Positions 52,996-63,419 of a stretch of DNA of 64,000 nt are shown piece after piece (positions within the stretch are counted from its first letter, which is position 1; every line of letters starts with the position of its first letter). The DNA is from an uncultured delta proteobacterium (GTDB taxonomy: Bacteria > Desulfobacterota > Syntrophorhabdia > Syntrophorhabdales > WCHB1-27). Made by a program: the position numbers and the translations under genes. Location: NCBI GenBank assembly GCA_963810935.1, contig CAWEPK010000001.1, positions 122,546 through 186,545 of the forward strand, written 5' to 3'. The notes beneath the pieces are model-generated. The model had not been told where the DNA came from and ran no database searches. It saw only the letters and a program-made list of their open reading frames with translations.

Positions 52996-53100
52996 ATGGC
53001 CAGATATGATGAATGACGACAACAGCCGGTCGATAGGGAACACGCCGCTGATTAAGTTGAACCGCATCGCAGGTACGGATGCGACCATTCTTTCCTGGCT
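52996..53100 (+). pseudogene. N-terminal remnant of cysteine synthase (CysK-like)
   Basis: RBS GAGGGG and ATG GCC AGA, then DNSRSIGNTPLIKLNRIAGTDATIL; similarity ends before the PLP-lysine motif at the bioB 3' end. Confidence 0.7.
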
Positions 53101-53116
53101 TTTCGCCTCCGGTAGG

Positions 53117-54103
53117 TTAGTCCTCCTCCATAAGCGGCTCCAGTCCCAGGTCTCTTATCATTTCCATATCGAGAGCCGAGTCTCTTCCTGGTGTGGTCAG
53201 ATAGTCACCCGTCATGAGGGAATTCGCCCCTGCCACGATACCGAGCGGCAGCAATTGGCGAAGGTTTGCCTCCTTCCCGCCGCACAGCTTGATGTCCTTG
53301 TCGGGCAGGATGAACCTGTAAATGGCGATGGTCGCGAGCAACTCCGTAGGATGGACCGGCGAGACGCCGGCCAGAGGGGTACCGGGCCGCGGGTTGAGGA
53401 TATTGAAGGGCACGGAATCGACATTCAGCCCCTTCAAAGTCAGGGCGAACTCGATCCTCTGTTCCATCGATTCTCCCATGCCGATGATGCCTCCGCAGCA
53501 CGTCTTCAGCCCTGCCGCCCTGGCTGAAAGTATCGTGTCTATGTCCTCCTGGTAATCGTGGGTCGTGCAGATATTATCGAAGAAGCTGCGTGCCGTCTCC
53601 AGGTTGTGATGGTAACTGTAGAGGCCCGCCGCCTTCAGCGCTGCCGCCCTCGCTTCGTCGAGCATGCCGAGAGACGCGCAGGGCCTTATGCCTGCCGCCC
53701 TTATTCCCCTCACGGCATCGTAAATTAATTCCCACTCCGCCTCGCTGTCGATGCGGGTGCCGCTTGTTATGATGCCGAACATATGTGCGCCGCATTCTTT
53801 CATCCGCCTGGCGGCATCCAATATCCGGGCCGTCGAGACCATGTCATAGACGGGGGAGTCGGTCTCATAGTGGGCCGACTGCGCGCAGAACCTGCAATCC
53901 TCGGTGCATCTGCCCGACTTGGCGTTGATGATCCCGCACATATTGATACGCTTACCCTTGAAGTGCTCCCTTATCTCCGAGGCAGCGGCCATGAGGGCGA
54001 AAGGGGTTTTTGAACCTATCCCGCGCAGCATGAGCGCCTCGCTGTACCCTATGTCCTTTTGTGCTATGGCCCTCTCTTTCAATTGCGTTAACGTTTGGCT
54101 CAT
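53117..54103 (-). CDS. bioB: Biotin synthase
   Basis: CTEDCRFCAQS radical-SAM motif; YHHNLETA; CCGGIIGMGE; GDYLTT. Confidence 0.96.
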   Translation of the reverse strand: MSQTLTQLKERAIAQKDIGYSEALMLRGIGSKTPFALMAAASEIREHFKGKRINMCGIINAKSGRCTEDCRFCAQSAHYETDSPVYDMVSTARILDAARRMKECGAHMFGIITSGTRIDSEAEWELIYDAVRGIRAAGIRPCASLGMLDEARAAALKAAGLYSYHHNLETARSFFDNICTTHDYQEDIDTILSARAAGLKTCCGGIIGMGESMEQRIEFALTLKGLNVDSVPFNILNPRPGTPLAGVSPVHPTELLATIAIYRFILPDKDIKLCGGKEANLRQLLPLGIVAGANSLMTGDYLTTPGRDSALDMEMIRDLGLEPLMEED

Positions 54104-54349
54104 CTATTCGTCTCCCATGTCATCCACTCGATCCGCTTCAAGACCGACCGAGCCTGTATGCCTGATGATTCTATTTAATCTTTAGTATAATTGTCAAGAA
54201 TAAGACGCAGGCGAGATACGGCGACTTTACGGGCGGAGTAAACGGGCCGTCGTTTCAGGCATTCTCTGATGGGGATCGGGCAGGCAACGGGCAACGCTTA
54301 CCGTCAGGGAATATAAACCCTTGACGGCATTGTGATGATAATAAAAAAG

Positions 54350-54423
54350 CTCCCCGGGCAGGACTCGAACCTGCAACCTACTGGTTAACAGCCAGCCGCT
54401 ACTGCCGGTTGAGCTACCGGGGA
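54350..54423 (-). tRNA. tRNA-Asn (GTT); CCA not encoded
   Basis: TCCCCGGTAGCTCAACCGGCAGTAGCGGCTGGCT-GTT-AACCAGTAGGTTGCAGGTTCGAGTCCTGCCCGGGGAG; one extra T in the D-stem. Confidence 0.92.
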
Positions 54424-54595
54424 ACAATGATTAAAGTAAACACGAAAAAAGGCGCCGAGTCAATATTCTCGCGCGTATTTGTCCGGTCCGGCCGCCCTGG
54501 CTTCCCCGTCCCCGGAATGCGTAAGACGCGGGCCTGCTTTATTTTGGCGCCCGTACCGTGCAATAATAAATGCGCAATACGGAGAATTATAGGCT

Positions 54596-55381
54596 ATGTA
54601 TCGATGGGACGCGGAAGATTATGCGCGCAATTCGGCCGGACAACAGGAATGGGCGCTGGAGCTTATCCCGAAGCTCGGTCTGAAGGGCAATGAAAGGGTC
54701 CTGGACGTCGGCTGCGGCGACGGGAAAATAACGGCGGCGATTGCGGACGCGCTCGATTTCGGCTCCGTTCTGGGCATCGACAGCTCGCCCGAGATGGTCG
54801 CCCACGCGACAAAAGCGTTTCCGGAAAATCGCGCCAGGCTTGCCTTTGCCTGCCTGGACGTGCGGGAGATAAGCTTCCTGCGGGAGTTCGACGTGGTCTT
54901 CTCGAACGCGGCCCTCCATTGGGTGCCGGACCACGGCCCGCTGCTAGTAAAAATCAGGCGCGCGCTGCGGCCGGCAGGCAGGGTGCTGCTTCAAATGGCA
55001 GGAAAGGGCAACGCGGGCGCTGTAGTGGACGTAGTAAGCAATGTCGTCCGTAAATCTCCCTGGTATCCCTTTTTCGATCGTTTTGCCTTCCCCTGGGCGT
55101 TTTACGGTGCAGAGGAATACGCGGGCCTTGTGGAAGCGGCCGGCCTGACCGCGAGGCGGGTGGAGATCATCCCCAAAACGATGCTTCACAAGGGCCGGGA
55201 GGGACTTTCCGGCTGGGTGCGGACCACGTGGATGCCATACAGCCAGAGAGTGCCGGCAGATATGCGGGACGCGTTCGTCGAAGAGATAGTCTCCGGGTAT
55301 GAAGCGGAGCACGGGACCGACGCGGAGGGGTTCTTTGCCGTTTCGATGAGCAGACTGGAGGTGGAGGCGTCAAGCGCTTGA
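54596..55381 (+). CDS. Class I SAM-dependent methyltransferase (Tam-like)
   Basis: VLDVGCGDG; FDVVFSNAALHW. Confidence 0.9.
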   Translation: MYRWDAEDYARNSAGQQEWALELIPKLGLKGNERVLDVGCGDGKITAAIADALDFGSVLGIDSSPEMVAHATKAFPENRARLAFACLDVREISFLREFDVVFSNAALHWVPDHGPLLVKIRRALRPAGRVLLQMAGKGNAGAVVDVVSNVVRKSPWYPFFDRFAFPWAFYGAEEYAGLVEAAGLTARRVEIIPKTMLHKGREGLSGWVRTTWMPYSQRVPADMRDAFVEEIVSGYEAEHGTDAEGFFAVSMSRLEVEASSA

Positions 55382-55512
55382 GGGCCCCGGCAGCGGACTT
55401 TTGTTATCTGCCGAGAAGCCGCAATATGGCCGCCCCGCGACCTCAAATTATGGGAAGAACGTTTGAAATCCTGGCGCCGGTGTGTTATAAAACTAATTCA
55501 GCCACGAAGCGT

Positions 55513-55589
55513 GGGCCGCTAGCTCAGTCCGGTAGAGCAGCTGACTCTTAATCAGGAGGTCGTAGGTTCGAATCCTACGCGGCCCACCA
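55513..55589 (+). tRNA. tRNA-Lys (CTT)
   Basis: GGGCCGCTAGCTCAGTCCGGTAGAGCAGCTGACT-CTT-AATCAGGAGGTCGTAGGTTCGAATCCTACGCGGCCCACCA. Confidence 0.97.
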
Positions 55590-55939
55590 ATATTTCTAAG
55601 CTATTTCAATGCTTTTCGTCAATCACCCCAAAAACAGGCAGGCTAGAAAAATAGGGTAAAATAGGGCATTTTGAAACCGATTTGCAGGCAAAATGCAGGC
55701 ACAGAATTAGTGTAAAAGTCTTCTGTTTACAACCCATTCCTGAAGATACAGCTCGCAGTCTCTCTCGGTAGTTCGTCAACCGGGATGATGAGGGTGCGGC
55801 GGGCAGCATCGCGCTCTATCCCCTTGGAAGTAACAGTAAAGCTGGAAAGTGCCGCTTAAGCCGCTAAAGTCAAGCTTCTGGACAACTTTAATGGACTTTT
55901 CCGGCTTTCGTTGACCTTGACGGCAGCCACACGTAACGT

Positions 55940-56668
55940 ATGGCACAGGAGAAAACCGTGGAAGAGGTGTTCTTTTCTGACTATCTTGAGAAACAAGCGA
56001 AGAAAAGCCTTGTGGCGTGCGTTGCCTGGGCCATGGCCGCTATGACTCTTCTACTCGCCGGGATCGCTACCGGCATCGCCGTGATCCTTGCATCAGGGGC
56101 GGTGGCCGTCGTGGTCACCCTTTTCGTCGTGGCCACGCGCGGTCCCCTCTATGTGGCTTATCGGTGCGGAATCCGAGGCGAGCAGATTCTCCGGGCCCAG
56201 CTTCTCTCGTCCGGGCTGCCTGACGATTACACCGCCTATTACAACCTCCCCTTGAACGGCAACGGCAAGCTCTCCGACATCGACTGCATCCTTGTCGGCC
56301 CTTTCGGTCTTTTCGTCTTCGAGGCAAAGCACCATCACGGCCTCATTCTGTATAGGAACGGGGTTTGGGCGCGGATCAAGGCAGGCCGAAGGGGAACTCG
56401 CTATTGGGGCCAGCTGGGAAATCCTTCCGGTCAACTATACCGCAATATCAGAAAGCTCAAGGAGCTGCTTGGGCACACAGACGGCCTCTGGCTTCACGGC
56501 GCCGTCGTCTTCACAAACCCGCGGGCCGTCCTCGACATCGAAGGACTCCGATGGGTCAGGGCCATAGCCGTGAAGGACCTGGAGCAGATCCTTTCCAAAA
56601 GAATGGTTCTTTCCGCCGAGCAGATCGATAGGATCAACGCTCGCCTCTCCACCTTAGTCAAGAAGTAA
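55940..56668 (+). CDS. Membrane-anchored NERD (nuclease-related domain) protein
   Basis: Two TM helices, then GIRGE...N...DIDCILVGPFGLFVFEAKH...NP..Q. Confidence 0.88.
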   Translation: MAQEKTVEEVFFSDYLEKQAKKSLVACVAWAMAAMTLLLAGIATGIAVILASGAVAVVVTLFVVATRGPLYVAYRCGIRGEQILRAQLLSSGLPDDYTAYYNLPLNGNGKLSDIDCILVGPFGLFVFEAKHHHGLILYRNGVWARIKAGRRGTRYWGQLGNPSGQLYRNIRKLKELLGHTDGLWLHGAVVFTNPRAVLDIEGLRWVRAIAVKDLEQILSKRMVLSAEQIDRINARLSTLVKK

Positions 56669-56861
56669 TATAAGGATGAGGACAAACCCAGGGGCCAGCA
56701 CGGGCACGTCCGGAGTATCTTCATTAGGCGGTTTGCCGAGCAGCGAAATCGACCCGGGCGTGAGCGCGGGTTTTCTGTTGCCGGAATCCGAGGTACGCAA
56801 AAGTTACGCACATAATATGAATTTATTAATTCATATCACTTCGACGGAGAGGAGAAGAGAG

Positions 56862-58565
56862 ATGACCACGAGCAGAGGAACGGGCATGATGGAGAGGATA
56901 CTGGGCACCCTCATGGGTCTGCCTCTCGAGGAGAGCATGGCGCTCCTCCCTCGCTGGATGGAAGGAGCGGACCCTCGCCGGAAGGTTGCCATGTTCACCG
57001 CATGGATGAACTGCGAGAAAGACATGAGACTGAAAAGGACCCTCTTCGTCGCATGGATGGCGGCAGAAAAGAAAAACGAGAAGTTCCTCAAGGACATATG
57101 CGTCAAGGCGTCGGCCGTCTACGTGACGGAGGGCTTCGCCCGCGCCAATGCGTCGAAGATCGAGGGCTGGATGACGAAGGCGTTCGAGCGCGACATGACG
57201 CTGACGCCGGGCGTAGTCGCGAACATGGCGAAGAATAACTTCCATATGCCGGAGGCGATGCTCCCTTTCCTGAAGAAGCTCGCACGGAAAGTCAAAGAGA
57301 GGATACGCCTTCGGCGGAGGAAGAATTCGGACGGGACCGCTCCGAGATGCCGTTCCTCAGCGACGGAAAGCCTTCTCGTTGAGGGCACTTACTCGCTGAA
57401 TCTTCCCCTCGCTGAAACAGCACAGGCGATCAGCACCAGACGGGCTGCCCAATCGCTCCTCCCCGGCGTCCTCGCTGAGCCTCCCTCGCTGGATTCCAAG
57501 AGGAGAATAGAAGACTACGAAGCCCTCATCGCCCCTTACCGGCCCCTCCTCGCTGAGGTCGCCTCGATGGAGGTCCTCGATGACCTGCTTAGGCTGCTCT
57601 ATGAAGGCGGCGACGCCCCCTCGGTGGTCGGCTGGCCGGGCAAGATGTCGGATTGCGAGTACAGGAACCTGAAGGGGCATGAGCATTTCCTCCAGATTCT
57701 CCGAGGCGTCTCCCTCTACGACCACACCTACAACGTTCTGAAGGCCGCCCTCGACATTGCCCGGGAAGAACTGCGACAGAAGCACGACTTCCTTCTCCCC
57801 GCCATCATCACCGCCGCCCTCGGCCACGACATGGGGAAGATCGAATCTCTGTGGGGTTCTTCCCCCGGCCGGAAACACACCCACGAATACGTTGGAGAGG
57901 TCAAGCTGGAAGAGATGCTCGCGTCCCATGGAAACAAGGTCTTCACTGAGACCGTTGTTGCCGCAGTCGCCCGCCACCACGCCGATCCCAAGGAAGACAC
58001 GATTGCGAGGATCATCATGGACGCCGACGCCAGGGCGAGGAAATGCGAGATCACCTCGGCCGATCCTGCTTTCACCATAAAGCCCATGACCGAGTGGCTG
58101 GATCTGACCAGGTTCGCCGAAATTACCCTGCCGCACATCAATGAACTCGTCGTCAAGAACCGGAGGGCCGTCTGGAAGGCGATGTCCTTCGACGGCATCG
58201 TCTACTGCGCGCCGGATTACGTCCGCGATATCCTGAAGGTCCTCTCCTTCGAGAAGAAAGTCCTCGACTATCGGCTCCTCCGCCAGTCCTTCAAGATGGA
58301 CAACCGGGCGGTCCTCACCGAGTTCTCCGCAATACTGAGAAAACACGGCTACCTCGCTTACAAGATCAATGAGGCCTACTTCGGCCTGAGGTTCCTCTTC
58401 CAATCGAGCATTCCCGACATGCGTCAGCCGGAGCTATGGGCCATCCCGGTGAAGATTGGGCTTTTCCAGGCAAAACCCTCGGCCATCGAGGAACGGAAAG
58501 CGGATTACCTGAAGACTGTCGTCTCAGTGAGACCTGTTGCGGGCGGCTATGGGCGAGCGGGATGA
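56862..58565 (+). CDS. HD-domain protein, MobH/TraI_2 relaxase-like
   Basis: SLYDHTYNV...AALGHDMGK...HE...HH...DAD. ATG 56862 has RBS AGGAG; the ORF is open from 56676. Confidence 0.7.
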   Translation: MTTSRGTGMMERILGTLMGLPLEESMALLPRWMEGADPRRKVAMFTAWMNCEKDMRLKRTLFVAWMAAEKKNEKFLKDICVKASAVYVTEGFARANASKIEGWMTKAFERDMTLTPGVVANMAKNNFHMPEAMLPFLKKLARKVKERIRLRRRKNSDGTAPRCRSSATESLLVEGTYSLNLPLAETAQAISTRRAAQSLLPGVLAEPPSLDSKRRIEDYEALIAPYRPLLAEVASMEVLDDLLRLLYEGGDAPSVVGWPGKMSDCEYRNLKGHEHFLQILRGVSLYDHTYNVLKAALDIAREELRQKHDFLLPAIITAALGHDMGKIESLWGSSPGRKHTHEYVGEVKLEEMLASHGNKVFTETVVAAVARHHADPKEDTIARIIMDADARARKCEITSADPAFTIKPMTEWLDLTRFAEITLPHINELVVKNRRAVWKAMSFDGIVYCAPDYVRDILKVLSFEKKVLDYRLLRQSFKMDNRAVLTEFSAILRKHGYLAYKINEAYFGLRFLFQSSIPDMRQPELWAIPVKIGLFQAKPSAIEERKADYLKTVVSVRPVAGGYGRAG

Positions 58566-59181
58566 CGGATTGCTTTCGCGTGGGGTTTAGCGCAACATGG
58601 CAGTGCGGACGCTCCACTCTTGACTGCCTGGTTGAGGCATCTGTTTCTGGCAATGGCCTCCACACCACGCATAGGATGGACGCTATTGGGGTAAGACCTT
58701 GAAATAGCGGCCTTAACCACTTGACGGTGCCAGCCGGACAACAAGGCCGTTCTAAGTTCGAGAGGACCTCAACACATGCACTGTCTGCTCGTCTCCACGT
58801 TCTCATGGTGATCCTCGGTTCCTGATTTCGGTCTGTTGCTTGTGCGCAGACCGCAGATTTTGACGAGAGCTAATCTTCACTAACCTGCAACGGTTCGTTG
58901 CGCTGGTGTCCTTCCTGAATTCCTCAAGATCATCCTTTTCCTTGTACAGCTCTACTTCAAATGGCATTATTGATATTGCGAGATCGGTTCAAGAAAAGAT
59001 TCTTTTGTCAGCCAGGAGAGGACGGCCACGCATCAAGAATGAAAGGCGTTGGCTGGCCTGAGCCAATTCTTTCACGACTGGCGAAAAAGGGGGGTGAAGC
59101 ATGGGGCTGAGTTGCATTCTTGGCCATACGTGGGTCAGCTGCAAGAATGAGAATAATATATCGTCACAAGTGTGACAGTTA

Positions 59182-59748
59182 ATGGAGGACATTCTGATGG
59201 ACACAATGGCTTTTTTAGTATGGTTTATGCCGGTGATCTTCATGATCCATGATTTCGAAGAAATCCTGATGGCCGAAATTTGGGGCAAACGTTACCGGAT
59301 GAAGATCGGACGGATTTTTCCGAAACGGCGGCCTTTTGGGCTGGGTGAAATCAAAGCGTGGCAAACACCCACTTTTTCCATTGGAGTCGCAATTGAGTTT
59401 TTAATCTTTTCGGCGATCAGTTTCTTTTCTGTTTTATTCCAGAACTATCTGCTCTGGTATGGGGCTTTCTTGGGGTTGCTGATCCACATGGTTTTTCTCC
59501 ACATCCAGGGTTGCTTCTGGTTCAAAGGATATGTCCCGGGAGTCATCACTTCAGCAATCCTGCTGCTGCCAGGCATTTGGGTTTTGGCGCTGGCTCAAAA
59601 TATTCTTCAGTATGGTTGGGGTGAAATCCTGATCGCGGCTTTAATTGGATTTCTATTACTCGCCATCATCATTCCATCCTTGCATAAGCTTATGGGAGTC
59701 CTGTCTGGATGGTTGGATCGTTATGCACTGGAGCAAAAAGTAGATTAG
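59182..59748 (+). CDS. HXXEE-domain membrane protein
   Basis: MIHDFEE; YVPGVITS; hydrophobic; lower GC than the flanks. Confidence 0.85.
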   Translation: MEDILMDTMAFLVWFMPVIFMIHDFEEILMAEIWGKRYRMKIGRIFPKRRPFGLGEIKAWQTPTFSIGVAIEFLIFSAISFFSVLFQNYLLWYGAFLGLLIHMVFLHIQGCFWFKGYVPGVITSAILLLPGIWVLALAQNILQYGWGEILIAALIGFLLLAIIIPSLHKLMGVLSGWLDRYALEQKVD

Positions 59749-60440
59749 TAAGGTTCTTTATCCATAAGGCACTTATCTATATCCTGAAAGTGGGTTTGAA
59801 AAAGTAACCATTAGACCCTCACCCCCCAGTGGTGATTGGTGCAGCTTTTTGCGGGCTCTCGCCACGACCGATATGTCCTTTTCAGTTTTCGGACGGCTCC
59901 CGCCCAAGCCTCAGGTCGGCGACCGGTAACCATCGCTTGAGGATAGCTTTTCTTCCTGCTGTAGGTAAATCCTTGGTGGGGGTGTATTCTTCACCCCACC
60001 GGCGCTGCTGCCTGCCAGTATGATAAGCTGAAAGAGAGTTTCTGTTGAAATGTCTATCAATACCACCTTCAAATCGAAATCTTCAATTGGGTGCTGCAAT
60101 TCCTTTGACGTTTTGCAGCGACCACATGTTCAATGCCTCTGGTGGGTTCTTCATAGCAGCCTGTTTCTCCACGGTGCCTCCTCCCCTACTCAAAAATCTG
60201 GCAGTTCTTCGTAAGGAAGGTGCCCAGTCTTCTTTTGCCGATACAAGAGATGATGCATTGCCGCTTCTGGTAAGGCTTGCAGCCATAATCGACAAGATGT
60301 AGAATTACACAATTATGATTACACGGGTGCAAGGACGTATCGACGCAGGCAGGAAGCATACGAGAACATCTCCGGCATAAGGGCGTGAGCAGAATCGGAC
60401 GTCCCTGATCGATCCGCCGGGCGAAGAGGGGGAGAGGACC

Positions 60441-63419
60441 GTGACGAAGCCATCCAATCCCGGAGGCAAGAAGCAGAAACCGGCCGCCGGAGAAAAAAAA
60501 GAGACAGGGCATCACCGCAGCGATGGGCCCTTCCCCATCGTGGGCATCGGCGCCTCAGCCGGAGGCTTGGAAGCCCTCGAGCAATTCCTGGAGCACATGC
60601 CTCAGGGCAGCGGAATGGCCTTTGTCATCGTCCAGCACCTGGACCCGACGCACAAGGGCGTCATGCCGGAGTTCCTCCAGCGCGCCACCCCCATGCAAGT
60701 CATTCAGGTCAAGGACCGCACCCCGGTCCAGCCCAACCACGTCTATGTGATACCGCCAAATAAGGATATGTCCATCCTTCACGGTACACTCCACCTGCTC
60801 GACCCGACGGCGCCCCGGGGCCTGCGCCTCCCCATCGACTTCTTCTTCCGCTCCCTCGCGGACGACCGCAAGGAGCGGAGCATCGGCGTCATCCTCTCCG
60901 GCATGGGCACCGATGGCACCGTGGGCCTCAAGGCCATCAAGGAAAAAGCGGGGGTGGTTTTCGTACAGGAGCCGACTTCCGCCAAGTTCGACAGCATGCC
61001 CCGAAGCGCCATCGACGCAGGAGTAGCCGACGTCGTCGCCCCGGTCGGGGAGCTTCCCGGAAAGATCCTCGCCTATCTCGAGCGGGCCCCCCTCTTGACG
61101 AAGCCGGGATTTCTTCTCGAGGGCAAGGCCCAGAGCGCCCTGGAAAAAATCGTCATCCTCCTGAGATCACATACGGGCCACGATTTTTCGCTCTACAAGA
61201 AGAGCACCGTGTATCGCCGGATCGAACGGCGCATGGGCATCCACCAGATCGAGGGGATCACCGAGTATGTGCGGTTTCTCCAAGCAAATCCGCACGAGCT
61301 CGAACTCCTTTTCAAGGAACTTTTGATCGGCGTGACGAGCTTCTTTCGCGATCCCGAGGCGTGGGAACACTTGAAAGAGATCATCCTCGCGCTTATCAAG
61401 GACCGTCCCTCCGGTCAGGTGCTCAGAGCCTGGGTGCCCGCCTGTTCCAGCGGGGAGGAGGCTTATTCCCTGGCGATGCTTTTCAAAGAGACCCTCGACG
61501 TGGTGAAGCGAGGGAAAAACTTCTCCCTCCAGGTCTTTGCCACCGATTTGGACCGTGAAGCCGTGGATGGGGCCCGTCAGGGCGTCTTTCCGGCCAACAT
61601 CTCCGCCGATGTGTCTCCCGAGCGCCTCAAGCGGTTCTTCGTCAAAGAAGAGAATGGCTACCGGGTCTGTAAGGAGATCCGCGAGATGGCAGTCTTCGCC
61701 GTGCAAAACATCGTCATGGACCCCCCCTTCACCAAGCTCGACATCCTGAGCTGCCGGAACCTCCTAATTTACCTGGCCCCGGAGTGCAAAAGAAACTCTG
61801 CCTCTCTTTCAGTACAGCCTCAATCCGGGAGGGATTCTCTTTCTGGGGAGCGCGGAGACCGTCGGCTCCTTTACCGACCTCTTTGACCTCTCGACAACAA
61901 GTCCCGGCTTTATCGGCGGCTCGACGCCGCCCCGCGGACGAACCCGATGGAGTTCCCTTCCTCTTTTGCCCCTCCCCTTCGGGACAGCCCTGAGGGTGAA
62001 ACCACCCGTCAACATCCAGTCCCTCGCGGATAAGGTGCTCCTGCAGCGGTATTCCCCGGCGGCGGTGCTCGTCAGCAACAAGGGCGACATCCTCTATATC
62101 AGCGGGCGGACGGGCAAGTACCTGAGCCCGCGGCCGGCAAGGCAAACTGGAACATCTTTGCCATGGCCCGGGAGGGACTGCGCTACGAACTGGCCGAGGC
62201 ATTCCAAAAGGCGCTTCGACAGAAAAGCGCAGTCACCCTCAAGAACCTTAAAGTGGCACCAACGGCGGGGCGCAGGCCCTGGAGCTCACCGTCCAGGCGC
62301 TCGTCGAGCCGGAAGGCTTGCGGGCATGCTAATGATCGTCTTTACGGACGTCGCGGCGCCTCCTGAGACAACAACCCCGGGCAAAACCCGGCGGACCCCT
62401 GCGGGCGCCGCCCGGCTGGCCCAAATGGAGGAAGAGGTCCGGCAGGCCCGTGAGGAGCTGCGTAGTACCCGCGAAGAAATGCAGACGTCCCAGGAAGAGC
62501 TAAATCGACCAATGAGGAATTGCAGTCCACGAACGAAGAATTGCAGTCCACGAACGAGAGCTCACCACCTCGAAAGAAGAGATGCAGTCCATGAACGAGG
62601 AGATGCAGACGGTCAACCTCGAGCTCAGGGTCAAGGTGGACGAGCTTTCCCGGACGAACGACGACATGAAGAACCTCCTCGACAGCACGGACATCGCCAC
62701 CTTGTTCCTCGACAGGGAACTCCGGGTGCGCCGTTTCACTAGCCAGGCGACAAGGTCATCAAGCTGATCCCGGGCGACATTGGCAGGCCGATTACCGACC
62801 AATCTTCCAGCCTCATTTATCCCGAGCTGGCCGAGGACATGCAGGAGGTACTGCGGACGCTCGTGTTTGCTGAAAGGGAGATCGCCACGCGTGACGGGCG
62901 CTGGTTCATCGTGCGTACCATGCCCTACCGCACGCGGGAGAACCTGATCGACGGCGTGGTCATCGCCTTACCGACATCACCACATCCAGGACGCTGGAGG
63001 CGAAGCTCAGGGAGAGCCTCGCGCTCTATCAGGCCCCTTTCGAGGGGATCGCAGAGGGCATCATGTTTCAGGCCTCAGGAGGCGACGTCACCTTCGTGAA
63101 TGGCGTGGCCGAACGTATCCTGGGTCTTTCCCGCGACCGGATCGAGGAGCATCCCCTCTCGAAGGCCGTCCATGAGAACGGGTCGTCCTTCGCCCCGAAA
63201 GACCACCCGGCAACGGTCGCTCTCTCCACGGGCGCACCGGTTGAGAATATAGTCATGGGCGTACTCAACCCCTCGTCTCAGCGGAGGGTGTGGATCAGCG
63301 TTAACGCGACGCCCGTCGTGCTGCCGGGAGAAAAGAAGCCTTCCCACGTCTATATGATCTTTCGCGACATCACTGAAGGCCGGATGGCTCCTGGCGGAGC
63401 AGGGGAGACGAGACCGTGA
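60441..63419 (+). CDS. CheB-CheR-PAS fusion protein (multiple frameshifts after about 61790)
   Basis: GIGASAGGLEAL, VQHLDP, LSGMGTDG; VTSFFRD, CSSGEEAYS, SCRNLLIY; EELQSTNEE coiled coil; IATLFLD PAS. Confidence 0.88.

Noticed and set aside
54350..54423. Atypical D-stem in tRNA-Asn (GTAGC instead of GAGC)
   Set aside because: A single extra base matching the window-wide +1 error pattern.
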